Shown one piece after another: positions 44,225-55,250 of a stretch of 64,000 nt of DNA; within the stretch, counting starts at the first letter, position 1; the number at the start of each line of letters is the position of its first letter. Source of the DNA: Eubacteriales bacterium (GTDB lineage Bacteria > Bacillota > Clostridia > Oscillospirales > CAG-272); assembly GCA_045593725.1 (NCBI GenBank), contig JAZNXE010000008.1, positions 855 through 64,854 on the forward strand, given 5' to 3'. The notes beneath the pieces were generated by a model. The model was not told the origin of the DNA, did no database searches, and saw only the letters and a list, made by a program, of their open reading frames with translations. Both the position numbers and the translations under genes were made by a program.

Positions 44225-44292
44225 GTCCCTTCGCAACAATTGAACAAATTAACAAATTCACGATAAAAATGTAAAGTTCTCTTGTTTTTTCA

Positions 44293-44338
44293 TAAAAAAA
44301 CAGACAAAAGCAGAGGATTTTTTCCTCTGCTTCTGTCT
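44293..44338 (-). terminator. Rho-independent terminator of prmA
   Basis: AGACAGAAGCAGAGGA-loop-TCCTCTGCTTTTGTCT, followed on the minus strand by TTTTTTTA. Confidence 0.85.
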
Positions 44339-45291
44339 TATTTTTTAGCAATCGCAAGGGCGCACCAGCCGTTTTCATCAATACGCTCAAGAATTTTAAA
44401 GCCGTGCTCCTCAAAGGCGGTTATTACTTCCTCGCTGCGCTCTACTATAATACCCGATGCAAGTATTACGGATTTTTCGTCCATAAGCGCTCCCACGTCG
44501 GGCATCATTCTTATTATAATATCGGCAACGATATTGGCGCAGATAACGTCATAAGCCCCGCCGCTTCTGTCAACCTGCTTAAGAAGGTCGGATACCGAGC
44601 AGGTCACGTTTGTCAGTCCGCTGTCCTTGATATTCTCGTTAGCTACCTTTACGGCAACAGGGTCTATGTCATAAGCCTTGCACTCCTTAGCGCCAAGCCT
44701 TGAAGCACATATCGCAAGAATTCCGCTTCCGCATCCAACGTCGGCGACCCTCATACCGCTTTTTATGTACTTTTCAAGAAGCCTGATAACCAATCTTGTG
44801 GTTTCGTGAGTTCCCGTACCAAAAGCCATTCCCGGGTCCATTCGCACTATAAGCTCACCCTCTCGCGCTTCATACCTTTCCCAAGCGGGAACGATAACTA
44901 TCCGCTCACCTATTTTTATAGGCTTATAATATGCCTTCCACGAATTTGCCCAATCCTCCTCATTTACTCCGCTGACACTTATTCTTGCGTCAATCGAGAG
45001 CCGATTGAAGCGCTCACGAAGAAAGGAAAGTGTATCCGCTACCCCTCCGTCCTTTGGAAGATATACGGATACCGACGCGATAGTCTTATCCGCGTTAAGT
45101 ATAGCCTCGTCTATAAGGTCACCGTAGCAGGTTTTAAGGTCGATATCGCTGTAATCCTCTATCTGAAGATAATTTGATACCATATTCATAACGGCGACGG
45201 TATCGTCAAGGCTCTCAAGAGGGACTGTAACCTTTATCTGTGTCCATTCACTCTCTGTGCCCCAATCTTCACAGGTGTAATCCTTATCCAT
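44338..45291 (-). CDS. prmA: Ribosomal protein L11 methyltransferase
   Basis: PGMAFGTGTHETT and the SAM motif VADVGCGSGILAI. ATG 45291 is preferred over the track TTG at 45306. Confidence 0.88.
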   Translation of the reverse strand: MDKDYTCEDWGTESEWTQIKVTVPLESLDDTVAVMNMVSNYLQIEDYSDIDLKTCYGDLIDEAILNADKTIASVSVYLPKDGGVADTLSFLRERFNRLSIDARISVSGVNEEDWANSWKAYYKPIKIGERIVIVPAWERYEAREGELIVRMDPGMAFGTGTHETTRLVIRLLEKYIKSGMRVADVGCGSGILAICASRLGAKECKAYDIDPVAVKVANENIKDSGLTNVTCSVSDLLKQVDRSGGAYDVICANIVADIIIRMMPDVGALMDEKSVILASGIIVERSEEVITAFEEHGFKILERIDENGWCALAIAKK

Positions 45292-45306
45292 TTTCTTAAA
45301 CCTCAA

Positions 45307-46455
45307 TTATTTCTTGTCAAAAATTCTTTTAAAGAATCCGTGCTTCTTGGCATAATTGCTTTCCTTACAGCTTTCGGCAAAGGCGCGCATGTGCTCCTTC
45401 TGCTTTTCGTTGAGTCCCTTGGGAATTTCTACGACAGCAGTAAATATAAGGTCACCCCGTCTGTTAGAGTTATTTACATAGGGGATACCCTTTTGACGCA
45501 AGGAAAAAGAGGTTCCCGACTGAGTTCCCTCGGGTATGGTATATTTTTGCGTTCCCTCAAGAGTAGGTATTTCTATCTCCGCGCCAAGTGTGGCTTCGGC
45601 AACCGTAATCGGAATATCGCAATATATATTGTATCCGCCCTGCTCACGCACAAAAATATTGTGCCGCTTAACATTGACCGTGATTACAAGGTCACCCGCA
45701 GGTCCGCCGTTTCGTCCGTCACATCCCTGTCCTCGAAGCGCTATGCGCTCTCCGTCGTTTATTCCCGCGGGAATATTTACAGAAAGCTTCTTATTAATCT
45801 TGACGTATCCCGTTCCGCGGCAATTTGTACAAGGTTCTTTAACTATCTTTCCGCGGCCTCGACAAGCGTCACAGGTGGTTGTGGACTGAAAAGCCATACC
45901 TGCTATTCTCTGAGTAACCGTCCTCTGTCCCGTTCCGTGACACGCCATACAAGTATCAACAGAGCTTCCCTTTGCCGCTCCAGAGCCTTCACAGTCTGAG
46001 CATTTTTGCACTCGGCTGAAGGAAATATCCTTTTTTACTCCAAACGCTGCCTCTTCAAAGGTGATAGTGACTCTTGCGCCAACATCCTCACCTCTCATGG
46101 GAGCGTTTCTGTTTTGTCTTGACGAGCCTCCGAAGCCACCTCCGAAGAAGCTTCCAAAGATATCTCCAATATCTCCGAAATCGCCAAATCCTCCAAAGCC
46201 GCCGCCGTAACCGCCTCCCGCGGTCTGGTCAAACGCCGCATGACCGAACTGGTCATACTTCGCCTTCTTGTCAGCGTCGGAAAGAACCGCGTACGCTTCG
46301 TTGACCTCCTTGAATTTAGCCTCAGCCTCGCTGTTTCCGGGATTCATATCGGGGTGATATTTCTTTGCCATAGAGCGATAAGCCTTTTTTATTTCCGCTT
46401 CGCTTGCGCCCTTTGAGAGTCCCAAGACTTCATAATAATCTCGTTTGTCTGCCAT
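45307..46455 (-). CDS. dnaJ: Molecular chaperone DnaJ
   Basis: [30 protein letters not shown] motif, G/F region, and four CxxCxGxG zinc motifs. AGAGGAAAAT lies upstream of ATG 46455. Confidence 0.95.
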   Translation of the reverse strand: MADKRDYYEVLGLSKGASEAEIKKAYRSMAKKYHPDMNPGNSEAEAKFKEVNEAYAVLSDADKKAKYDQFGHAAFDQTAGGGYGGGFGGFGDFGDIGDIFGSFFGGGFGGSSRQNRNAPMRGEDVGARVTITFEEAAFGVKKDISFSRVQKCSDCEGSGAAKGSSVDTCMACHGTGQRTVTQRIAGMAFQSTTTCDACRGRGKIVKEPCTNCRGTGYVKINKKLSVNIPAGINDGERIALRGQGCDGRNGGPAGDLVITVNVKRHNIFVREQGGYNIYCDIPITVAEATLGAEIEIPTLEGTQKYTIPEGTQSGTSFSLRQKGIPYVNNSNRRGDLIFTAVVEIPKGLNEKQKEHMRAFAESCKESNYAKKHGFFKRIFDKK

Positions 46456-46540
46456 ATTTTCCTCTATCTTGAGTTGTGTTAGTAAAACGACTTTTGCGGG
46501 AAACGGCATTTTGCCGTTTCCCGCCTATCTTCAGTTAAGA

Positions 46541-48415
<1,875 letters not shown>

Positions 48416-49024
48416 TTAGTTTGCTACTTTTACCATAGAATAGCGAAGGACTTTATCTCCTTTCGCGTATCCCTTCATAAAGACCTCAACTACTTGATTT
48501 TCACCTACGGTGTCATCCTCGACGTGCATTACAGCGTTGTGTACGTTGGGGTCAAATTCTTTTCCGAGAGCTTCTATTTCGTAAACTCCCATCTTGTTCA
48601 TTGTTTCTATAAAGCTTTTCAATGTAAGCTCAAGTCCCTTTGCCATGGGGGATTCTGCATCCTCGGGGCTGAACTGCGCTGCTCTCTCCAAATTGTCAAG
48701 TATAGGCAATATCTGTGTCAGCGCGTCGCAATACGCCTCGGAAAACACTCCCTCACGCTCCTTGACGCTTCTCTTTCGGAAGTTATCATATTCGGCGTAA
48801 AGCCTCATATATTTATCCTTCTCCTCGGCAAGCTCGGCGTTAAGCTTTTCTATCTCAGCCTCTGCTTTTTTTGATTTTTTCTTGTCCTTACAAGAGCTTT
48901 TTTCCTCCGCTTCCTTTGCCGTATCGTTTTCTTCGGCTTCGGTGCTCTCTATTTCCGCTTCATTATCTGTCTGCGCATCAGAGCATTCGCACTCCTCGGC
49001 ACAGGGATTCTTGTTCTCTTCCAT
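48416..49024 (-). CDS. grpE: Nucleotide exchange factor GrpE
   Basis: 202 aa. YMRLYAEYDNFRKR, with a C-terminal beta domain. Confidence 0.92.
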   Translation of the reverse strand: MEENKNPCAEECECSDAQTDNEAEIESTEAEENDTAKEAEEKSSCKDKKKSKKAEAEIEKLNAELAEEKDKYMRLYAEYDNFRKRSVKEREGVFSEAYCDALTQILPILDNLERAAQFSPEDAESPMAKGLELTLKSFIETMNKMGVYEIEALGKEFDPNVHNAVMHVEDDTVGENQVVEVFMKGYAKGDKVLRYSMVKVAN

Positions 49025-49029
49025 ATCCG

Positions 49030-50103
49030 TCAGTTATCCTCCTCCTTTTTATTTCCGTCGCCCAATTGGCGCTCCTCATTTATCATCCAAGCTATGCTTC
49101 CGCCTATGTCACCAAGGGCTTCAAGCACCTGCTTGTAATTCATTCGCCTCGGTCCAAGCACTCCTACATATCCGACGGTCCGTCCGTCCTTCTTGATGGG
49201 CTTGAACACAAGCGAAGAATTATTCATTACCTTTACCGAGCTTTCCGAGCCTATAAGCACGTTTATATCGTCGGCAGATGCCGAGGACACCAAGTCGAGT
49301 ATCTCCTCTTGGCTTTCAAGAGTCCCGAGAAGCTCTCCAAGCTGGTCAGTGTCGGCATATTCGGGATATTTCAGCAGATGATTGATGCCCGAAAGCTTCA
49401 TCTCTCCGCCGTCTATCTCGTTCATAACCTCATATACGCATTTCACCGCGGGATTTACGAGGAAAGCCCCTTCCCGCATCTCGCTCTCTATCCTCATTAT
49501 AATAGGTAGAGTTATCATATCCGCGCCCAGTCCGCAAAGCTCACTGTTGAATATGTCCGCAAGGTTTTTAAGCGCTCCCTCCGGAATAGGCTGAAGGGTC
49601 TTTACCTTTTTAGTTTTCACCGCTCCGCCCGAGGTTATCATTACCATAGCGAAATTACTTTCGTCCATTGGTATTATCTCAAATTTAGACATTGTGACCG
49701 AATTTGAGCGAGGCTTTATAGCAATACCCGTATAGTTGGTCATTGTTGAAGCAAGACGGGATGCCGTGTCAAGAAGCTGGTCAAGCTCATCCATCTTGGC
49801 TCTGAGCAATTGATTTATCTGCACTACCTCGCGAGTGGTCTTTGCGTAATGCTCCACAAGGGCGTCAACGTAAAATCTGTAACCCGCCTCGCTTGGCACT
49901 CTTCCCGCGGAAGTGTGAGGCTGAACAAGATATCCCATCTGCTCAAGCTCCGCCATCTCGTTTCTTATGGTAGCAGAGGAGCAGGTGAGTAGATTATTCT
50001 GCATTATATACTTAGAACCCACAGGCTCTCCGCCCTCTATATGCGCTTCCACAATAGCTTTAAGTATAAGCTTTTTTCTATCGCTAAGCTCATGGCTGCT
50101 CAC
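49030..50103 (-). CDS. hrcA: Heat-inducible transcription repressor HrcA
   Basis: LSDRKKLILKAIVEAHIEGGEPVGSK winged helix. I place the start at GTG 50103 (GGGAGGGG 6 nt upstream). The track ATG at 50145 lies inside the CIRCE operator. Confidence 0.88.
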   Translation of the reverse strand: MSSHELSDRKKLILKAIVEAHIEGGEPVGSKYIMQNNLLTCSSATIRNEMAELEQMGYLVQPHTSAGRVPSEAGYRFYVDALVEHYAKTTREVVQINQLLRAKMDELDQLLDTASRLASTMTNYTGIAIKPRSNSVTMSKFEIIPMDESNFAMVMITSGGAVKTKKVKTLQPIPEGALKNLADIFNSELCGLGADMITLPIIMRIESEMREGAFLVNPAVKCVYEVMNEIDGGEMKLSGINHLLKYPEYADTDQLGELLGTLESQEEILDLVSSASADDINVLIGSESSVKVMNNSSLVFKPIKKDGRTVGYVGVLGPRRMNYKQVLEALGDIGGSIAWMINEERQLGDGNKKEEDN

Positions 50104-50134
50104 GACTATCCCCTCCCTTTTGTTTTTTTGGTTT

Positions 50135-50161
50135 TTAGCACTCATTTAATGTAAGTGCTAA
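50135..50161 (-). promoter_or_regulatory. CIRCE operator (HrcA binding site)
   Basis: TTAGCACTC-ATTTAATGT-AAGTGCTAA. This is the 9-N9-9 inverted repeat with one mismatch to the consensus TTAGCACTC-N9-GAGTGCTAA. Confidence 0.9.
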
Positions 50162-50172
50162 TCACTGTATAA

Positions 50173-50201
50173 AATTTACCACTTTTAAGCCTTTTTGTCA
50201 A
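50173..50201 (-). promoter_or_regulatory. Sigma-A promoter of the hrcA-grpE-dnaK-dnaJ(-prmA) operon
   Basis: The minus strand reads TTGACA (50201-50196), 17-nt spacer, TAAATT (50178-50173), immediately upstream of CIRCE. Confidence 0.7.
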
Positions 50202-50283
50202 TAGCTTTCCCAAAGTTTTTTGTTAATTATTTGTGAACAGTGCTAATTTTATGCTAAAAAATCAACATTTTATCCCTACATCA

Positions 50284-50335
50284 CAAAAAAGAGTGCCGAA
50301 GTTTGTCTAAAGACAAAATTTCGGCACTCTTTTTA
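50284..50335. terminator. Bidirectional rho-independent terminator at the end of the Dlt-like operon
   Basis: AAAAAAGAGTGCCGAA...TTCGGCACTCTTTTT with inner TTTGTC/GACAAA pairing. Confidence 0.85.
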
Positions 50336-50349
50336 TCTGTTTGCTACTA

Positions 50350-50862
50350 TTATCTTACTCTTCTGTAATTCACCGCGCTTACGCTTCCGCTCTTTACGGT
50401 AAACTCAAGCTCCAGGTCACTCTTTTTATAAAGCAGCTTTCCGTTCTCCTCGGACACGGGCTTTCCGTAGGCGTCACGCACCTCCTGCTCCTGTGAGCCT
50501 ATGGATATTCCCTTAGGCGTTGAAACCAAATCGCTCCCGAAGGATATCTTGTGGATGACCTCTCCGCCCTCCTCCTTAAGGGTATTGACGGTAATATCCC
50601 CATAGGTATATTTCATCTGAACGCCTATTCCTCCGCAATCTCCGAGGTTATCCTCGTATTTGGGTGTCCCAAGCTTATCGAGAACCCCGTCAGCCTTTTT
50701 ATCCAGCTCTATCTTCACGCCCTTATATACCACGTAAAAGGGGCTTTCGTTTGTATTTTGCTCATTTCCTTGCTCATCATTACAGGAAGAAAGCGTCATC
50801 AATACAGCCATACAGCAAGCAACGGCAAGAATAACGGCGGTAATACTTTTAATCTTTTTCAT
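50350..50862 (-). CDS. Hypothetical lipoprotein (last gene of the Dlt-like operon)
   Basis: MKKIKSITAVILAVACCMAVLMTLSSC lipobox. ATG 50862 overlaps the upstream gene by 14 nt. About 170 aa. Confidence 0.65.
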   Translation of the reverse strand: MKKIKSITAVILAVACCMAVLMTLSSCNDEQGNEQNTNESPFYVVYKGVKIELDKKADGVLDKLGTPKYEDNLGDCGGIGVQMKYTYGDITVNTLKEEGGEVIHKISFGSDLVSTPKGISIGSQEQEVRDAYGKPVSEENGKLLYKKSDLELEFTVKSGSVSAVNYRRVR

Positions 50863-51892
50863 TTGCTGTTCCTTCCATTTCCTTCTTTTTATTTTGATAC
50901 TCATTCAGATAACCGTCCCAGAGCCTTGCTACGTCCTCCTCATCCTTGTGAGAGTCAAGCCCGTGCTCATTTGCAAGTATCTGTCCAAAATATTTGCTGA
51001 ACTTTTCCGCTCCGTACACGTTGAGGTGAAGTCCTGCGTCGTAGGTATCGGTCTGCCAATCAATGCCCATTTCCGCAGCCTTTGGAATAAAATTGTAATA
51101 CGCCAAGCTGTTTTTCTCTGCATACTCGGATATCTGACTATCCCATTCATCGTACCACCAATATCCTCGCGGGTTGGTAGGCGCTTTTACAAGTATCAGC
51201 TCACTTCCGTTGCTTTCGCAAAGAAGTCTTATTTTTTCAAGATAATCCATAGCGCGCTGGGGCAAAAGCTCCTCGGGAGCGTCGGTTACAGGGTCACTCT
51301 GCTTCATTGGTACCGTTCCCGTCTTAATGAGATACCCGTTATCGGTCATTGCCTCAGGAGTCTTGAACCAATATTTCACGTCCTCTTCCTTCAGCTCGGT
51401 AATCCTTGAATGGTATCTTAGCAAAGGAAAGAGGTAATCCAAAAAGCTCTCATCCTCTGTCATTGAAGCCATAATTCCCTCTGCCTTAACGCTCGACCAC
51501 TTCATAGTGTCAAAGGTCATTCTATTGTACGCCTCGCTTTGCGGCTCGCCGTACTTAAGGGCATATACGTTAAAAACGACAGCCTTGGGCTTCTCGTATT
51601 TAAAGGTTTCCTTAAGCAGGTAGTAGGAATGCCAAGCGAGCTGTTGCGCACTTCCTCTTATATATGAGGTAATACCGTACTCTTGCCACAATACCGAGGG
51701 AACAAAGCTTTCGTACACCTCGCAGTCACCTATGAATATAACGTCATGTCCGCCCTTGCGGCTGTAATACTCACCTGTCAGAAGTCCTTCCGCGTTGGTT
51801 ACGTACTTGGGACGCACCAACGCTTGTAAAGCGCCGAGGATAAATACGATCGCAAGAAGTGCGGCTACGCCTATCAATATTTTTTTCTTCAT
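50849..51892 (-). CDS. Membrane-anchored SGNH/DltD-like protein (putative O-acyl/aminoacyl transferase-esterase partner of the MBOAT)
   Basis: 347 aa with an N-terminal TM. Block-I-like VIFIGDCEVYESF, and C-terminal DAGLHLNVYGAEKF resembling the SGNH block V. Sits where dltD would be. Confidence 0.6.
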   Translation of the reverse strand: MKKKILIGVAALLAIVFILGALQALVRPKYVTNAEGLLTGEYYSRKGGHDVIFIGDCEVYESFVPSVLWQEYGITSYIRGSAQQLAWHSYYLLKETFKYEKPKAVVFNVYALKYGEPQSEAYNRMTFDTMKWSSVKAEGIMASMTEDESFLDYLFPLLRYHSRITELKEEDVKYWFKTPEAMTDNGYLIKTGTVPMKQSDPVTDAPEELLPQRAMDYLEKIRLLCESNGSELILVKAPTNPRGYWWYDEWDSQISEYAEKNSLAYYNFIPKAAEMGIDWQTDTYDAGLHLNVYGAEKFSKYFGQILANEHGLDSHKDEEDVARLWDGYLNEYQNKKKEMEGTANEKD

Positions 51893-51909
51893 TTATTACC
51901 TTTATGTTT

Positions 51910-53499
51910 TTAGAATTGTGTATAGATAAACTGGGAAGCGTCATATCCGATTCCGTATGCGCCGAAAAGCAATATCAGCACCAGTAATGCGCCCGACAGT
52001 ACCCACGAGAGTGCGGTCTTTCCGCATAGCCATTCCCTTATATCCCTATTTTGAGAAAGCTTGGAAACCACTGCCACCATAAGCACCGCGAAGGCAATAA
52101 TAACGTAATCCTTCACGCCAAGTCCAAGCTCCAATATCTCCCCTCCAAGCATTCTTCCCCAGTTGAAGGTGGTAAACATAGTTCCCCACATCCTGAAGGT
52201 AAGACTCACGTTGGCATAGCAGTCAAGGGAGCGGATAAGTCCCATTAAAAGGAAGGTTCTCGTAGCGGCAAAGCAATGATAGCCATAAGACGCGGTAAGC
52301 CTTGGAAACTTTTCTCTGAATCGGCGGTAAAGCGGTTCAAGCTCCTGGGATACAAGTATCACAAGGCAGTTCAGCATTCCCCAGACGATAAAATTCCACG
52401 CCGCTCCGTGCCAAAGACCCGTAAGAAACCAGGTTACTGCGGTAGCCAGATACACAGGCACTCGCTTTCCTATGACGTTGCCAAGACGCTTGCGGCAGCT
52501 CTTGGAAAGCTTCATCATGGGCTTTGTAACCGAAAGCGGGTAGAAGATATAGTCGGTAAACCACGAGCCCATAGTAATATGCCATCTGTTCCAGTATTCC
52601 TTGGTAGAGCTTGAGGAGAACGGATGCTTGAAGTTCTCTGTCACCCTTATACCCATTGCCTCGGCAATTCCTATGGTAATATCTATTCCGCCTGTAAAAT
52701 CGGCGTATATCTCTATGGAATAAAGGATAATAAGTAAGGCGGTATATGCTCCCGTATAGGTTGCTGTATCACCAAGCATTGCTTTCATTGCCACGAGTAT
52801 CCTGTCGGCAATGACAAGCTTTTTGAAATATCCCCAGAGTATTCTCTGAATACCGAATTTGAGATTTTTTCCATTGAACTTATGCCCCTCACAGAGCTGA
52901 GGAGCTAAGTCCGCGTGTCTGGATATAGGTCCTTGTGCCAGCTGAGGAAAGAAGGCTACGAACAAAGCCAGCTTTGCCACGTTCTTCTCAGCGTATGTTT
53001 TACCTCTGTAAACATCTATAAGGTATCCTGTGCTTTGAAAGATAAAAAAGGATATTCCCATTGGCAGAAGCAGCGAGGGTATGCTCATTCCCCTTACGCC
53101 GAACAACCCCAGGAGAGAATTTATATTACCCAGCGCAAACGCCGTATATTTAAGAACCGCAAGGATACCGAAATTAAATACCAAGCCCAAAATCAGCAAA
53201 GCGAAGCGTTTTTTCTTCTCTCTCGCTCGATAAGCCTTGCGGCTATCCTTGTCCATGCTCTCCTTATTGAGAGCCACGTATTCGTCCTCTTTTGCCCTCA
53301 TTTTCTCCATAGCTCTTGCCACAAAGAAGCAGGAGAGGGTCGTAGCTATAATAAATGCGAAGTTTTCAAATCCCGAAAAGGAATAGAAAAAGTAACTCGC
53401 CGCAAGAAGGAGCGTCCACTGATATCTCTTAGGAAACAGGTAGTACGCCACAAGGAGTACAGCTACGAATATTATAAATCCGTAAGAAGTAAAAAGCAT
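51910..53499 (-). CDS. MBOAT-family membrane O-acyltransferase (DltB/AlgI-like)
   Basis: 529 aa and polytopic. MBOAT histidine motif YWNRWHITMGSWFTDYIFYPL. Confidence 0.85.
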   Translation of the reverse strand: MLFTSYGFIIFVAVLLVAYYLFPKRYQWTLLLAASYFFYSFSGFENFAFIIATTLSCFFVARAMEKMRAKEDEYVALNKESMDKDSRKAYRAREKKKRFALLILGLVFNFGILAVLKYTAFALGNINSLLGLFGVRGMSIPSLLLPMGISFFIFQSTGYLIDVYRGKTYAEKNVAKLALFVAFFPQLAQGPISRHADLAPQLCEGHKFNGKNLKFGIQRILWGYFKKLVIADRILVAMKAMLGDTATYTGAYTALLIILYSIEIYADFTGGIDITIGIAEAMGIRVTENFKHPFSSSSTKEYWNRWHITMGSWFTDYIFYPLSVTKPMMKLSKSCRKRLGNVIGKRVPVYLATAVTWFLTGLWHGAAWNFIVWGMLNCLVILVSQELEPLYRRFREKFPRLTASYGYHCFAATRTFLLMGLIRSLDCYANVSLTFRMWGTMFTTFNWGRMLGGEILELGLGVKDYVIIAFAVLMVAVVSKLSQNRDIREWLCGKTALSWVLSGALLVLILLFGAYGIGYDASQFIYTQF

Positions 53500-53501
53500 T
53501 T

Positions 53502-53729
53502 TTATTCTTCGTCAAGCTTTGTTATAAGCGCCATAAGCGCCTTGGCTGAGTTAAAATTCTCGGGAATTATCTCCTCGGCGGGAATAGTAACGTCAAATTC
53601 CGCGTTTATCTCGGTTACAAGAGTAACTATATCAAGCGAATCGAGTATTCCCTCGTCTATAAGCTCCTCATTGGCGGTAAAATCGACCTCTGGGTGAAGC
53701 TCTGACAATATTTTGAGCAATTTTTCCAT
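53502..53729 (-). CDS. Small acyl/D-alanyl carrier protein (DltC-like)
   Basis: 75 aa from MEKLLKIL. Phosphopantetheine site GILDSLDIVTLV. The track start at 53771 would overlap the adenylase gene. Confidence 0.8.
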   Translation of the reverse strand: MEKLLKILSELHPEVDFTANEELIDEGILDSLDIVTLVTEINAEFDVTIPAEEIIPENFNSAKALMALITKLDEE

Positions 53730-53748
53730 ATTAGTTTCCTCTCTGTTA

Positions 53749-55248
53749 TTACATCCTTTCGGCTCTTTCACGAAGCCCTTTTCTGTCTATCTTTCCGTTT
53801 GCCGTAAAGGGAAGCTCGGAGAGCTTCTCTATGACAGCGGGGAGCATATACCTGGGCAAATAGTCCGCCAAATCCTTGGCGACAACCATTTCTTCAACAT
53901 CTCCCACAATAAAGAGTGCTATTCGCTTTGCCATATTATCATAGACACAGCAAGCCCTTCTGACCCCATCGGTCTTAAGCGCCGCGGCCTCTATCTCTCC
54001 AAGCTCTATGCGGTGGCCCATATGCTTTATCTGTGAGTCCTTGCGACAGATAAACACAAGCTCGCCTCTTTCGTTTATTCTGCCCACATCTCCCGTTCTG
54101 TATATAAGCTCGGGATAAGCGGTATTAAGAGGATTTTGCACAAATACGGCGTTAGTTTTTTCATCGTCGTTATAGTAACCCATAGTAAGGCAGGTACCTC
54201 TTATGCATATCTCGCCCTGCTCTGCCCGCCTGTTTTCCTCGTCCAGCAGGATTATGTCGGTATTGTCAAAGGGTCTGCCTATTGGTATCGGCTCGTCCGC
54301 TTCAAGCTGACGGTCTGCCGCCCAGTAGCAGGACATTCCCGTTGCCTCGGTTGGTCCGTAGAGGTTAAAAAACCTCGCCCTCGGCAGAGCTGCTCTCCAC
54401 AGGTCGTATTGCTTTCTTGGGAACATCTCGCTGCCAAACGCCACAGTTGTAAGGTGCTTTGGCGTATGCTGCTCAAGCGCCCCGAGGGATGATATCTGCA
54501 CCAAGGCAGACACTACCCAGCAAATGGTGTTAATCTTATGCTCATCCAGAAATTCCACCAGCTTAACGGGAAAGGAAAATAGCATTTTGGGTATAAAGTA
54601 GGTGGTAGCGCCAAGCTTTAAGGTAGGCATTATTTCCTTTAAGGGAGCGTCGAAATAAAGGGGCGTTTGATTTCCAAACACGGTATTGGATGAAAATTCA
54701 AGTGCCTCGCAAAGGGTTTCGGTATAATCTATCACCGAGCGGTGGCAGGCTACCACTCCCTTGGGGGTCCCCGTAGAGCCTGAGGTAAACACTACGTAAA
54801 TAGGGTCTGTGCTGCTCTGCTTTTGTCTTATTTCGGTCAGTGCACGGGAGCTAACCTCGGTATTTAACAGCTCGTCATAGAGATATACCTTTGGTACGTC
54901 CAGAACCTGCGCTGTCCTTATATTCCTTTTGTCGCATATAATTGCCCTTGGTGAAAGCTTGTCAAGAATAGCTCTCATTCTTGCCTCGGGCATTTTTTCG
55001 TCAATACATACGTAGAAGCAGCCCGCGTATATGATTCCAAAGAACGCGGTAACCGTGCGGGGATGCTTGTCCATTATCACCGCTATTGGCTCTCCGTAAT
55101 ATCCCTCTCCCGCGAGAAAGCTTCCTATGGCTCTTGCCTCGGAATATACCTCACCAAAGGTCATTGCTTCCTTGCCGCTGGAAAAGGCGGTCTTATCGGG
55201 ATACGCTTTTACGGTCTGCTCAAGATATTCAAGAATATTTTTTTGCAT
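53749..55248 (-). CDS. Carrier-protein ligase / adenylation enzyme of the ANL superfamily (DltA-like; substrate unknown)
   Basis: 499 aa, a DltA-like size. AMP-binding core YVVFTSGSTGTPKGV, YGPTE, YRTGD, and C-terminal NGKIDRK. Confidence 0.85.
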   Translation of the reverse strand: MQKNILEYLEQTVKAYPDKTAFSSGKEAMTFGEVYSEARAIGSFLAGEGYYGEPIAVIMDKHPRTVTAFFGIIYAGCFYVCIDEKMPEARMRAILDKLSPRAIICDKRNIRTAQVLDVPKVYLYDELLNTEVSSRALTEIRQKQSSTDPIYVVFTSGSTGTPKGVVACHRSVIDYTETLCEALEFSSNTVFGNQTPLYFDAPLKEIMPTLKLGATTYFIPKMLFSFPVKLVEFLDEHKINTICWVVSALVQISSLGALEQHTPKHLTTVAFGSEMFPRKQYDLWRAALPRARFFNLYGPTEATGMSCYWAADRQLEADEPIPIGRPFDNTDIILLDEENRRAEQGEICIRGTCLTMGYYNDDEKTNAVFVQNPLNTAYPELIYRTGDVGRINERGELVFICRKDSQIKHMGHRIELGEIEAAALKTDGVRRACCVYDNMAKRIALFIVGDVEEMVVAKDLADYLPRYMLPAVIEKLSELPFTANGKIDRKGLRERAERM

Positions 55249-55250
55249 AT

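Noticed and set aside
50243-50262. Second CIRCE-like sequence (CAGTGCTAATTTTATGCTAA) upstream of the hrcA promoter
   Set aside because: It contains TGCTAA strings in direct rather than inverted orientation and lacks the 9-N9-9 geometry. It is probably fortuitous.
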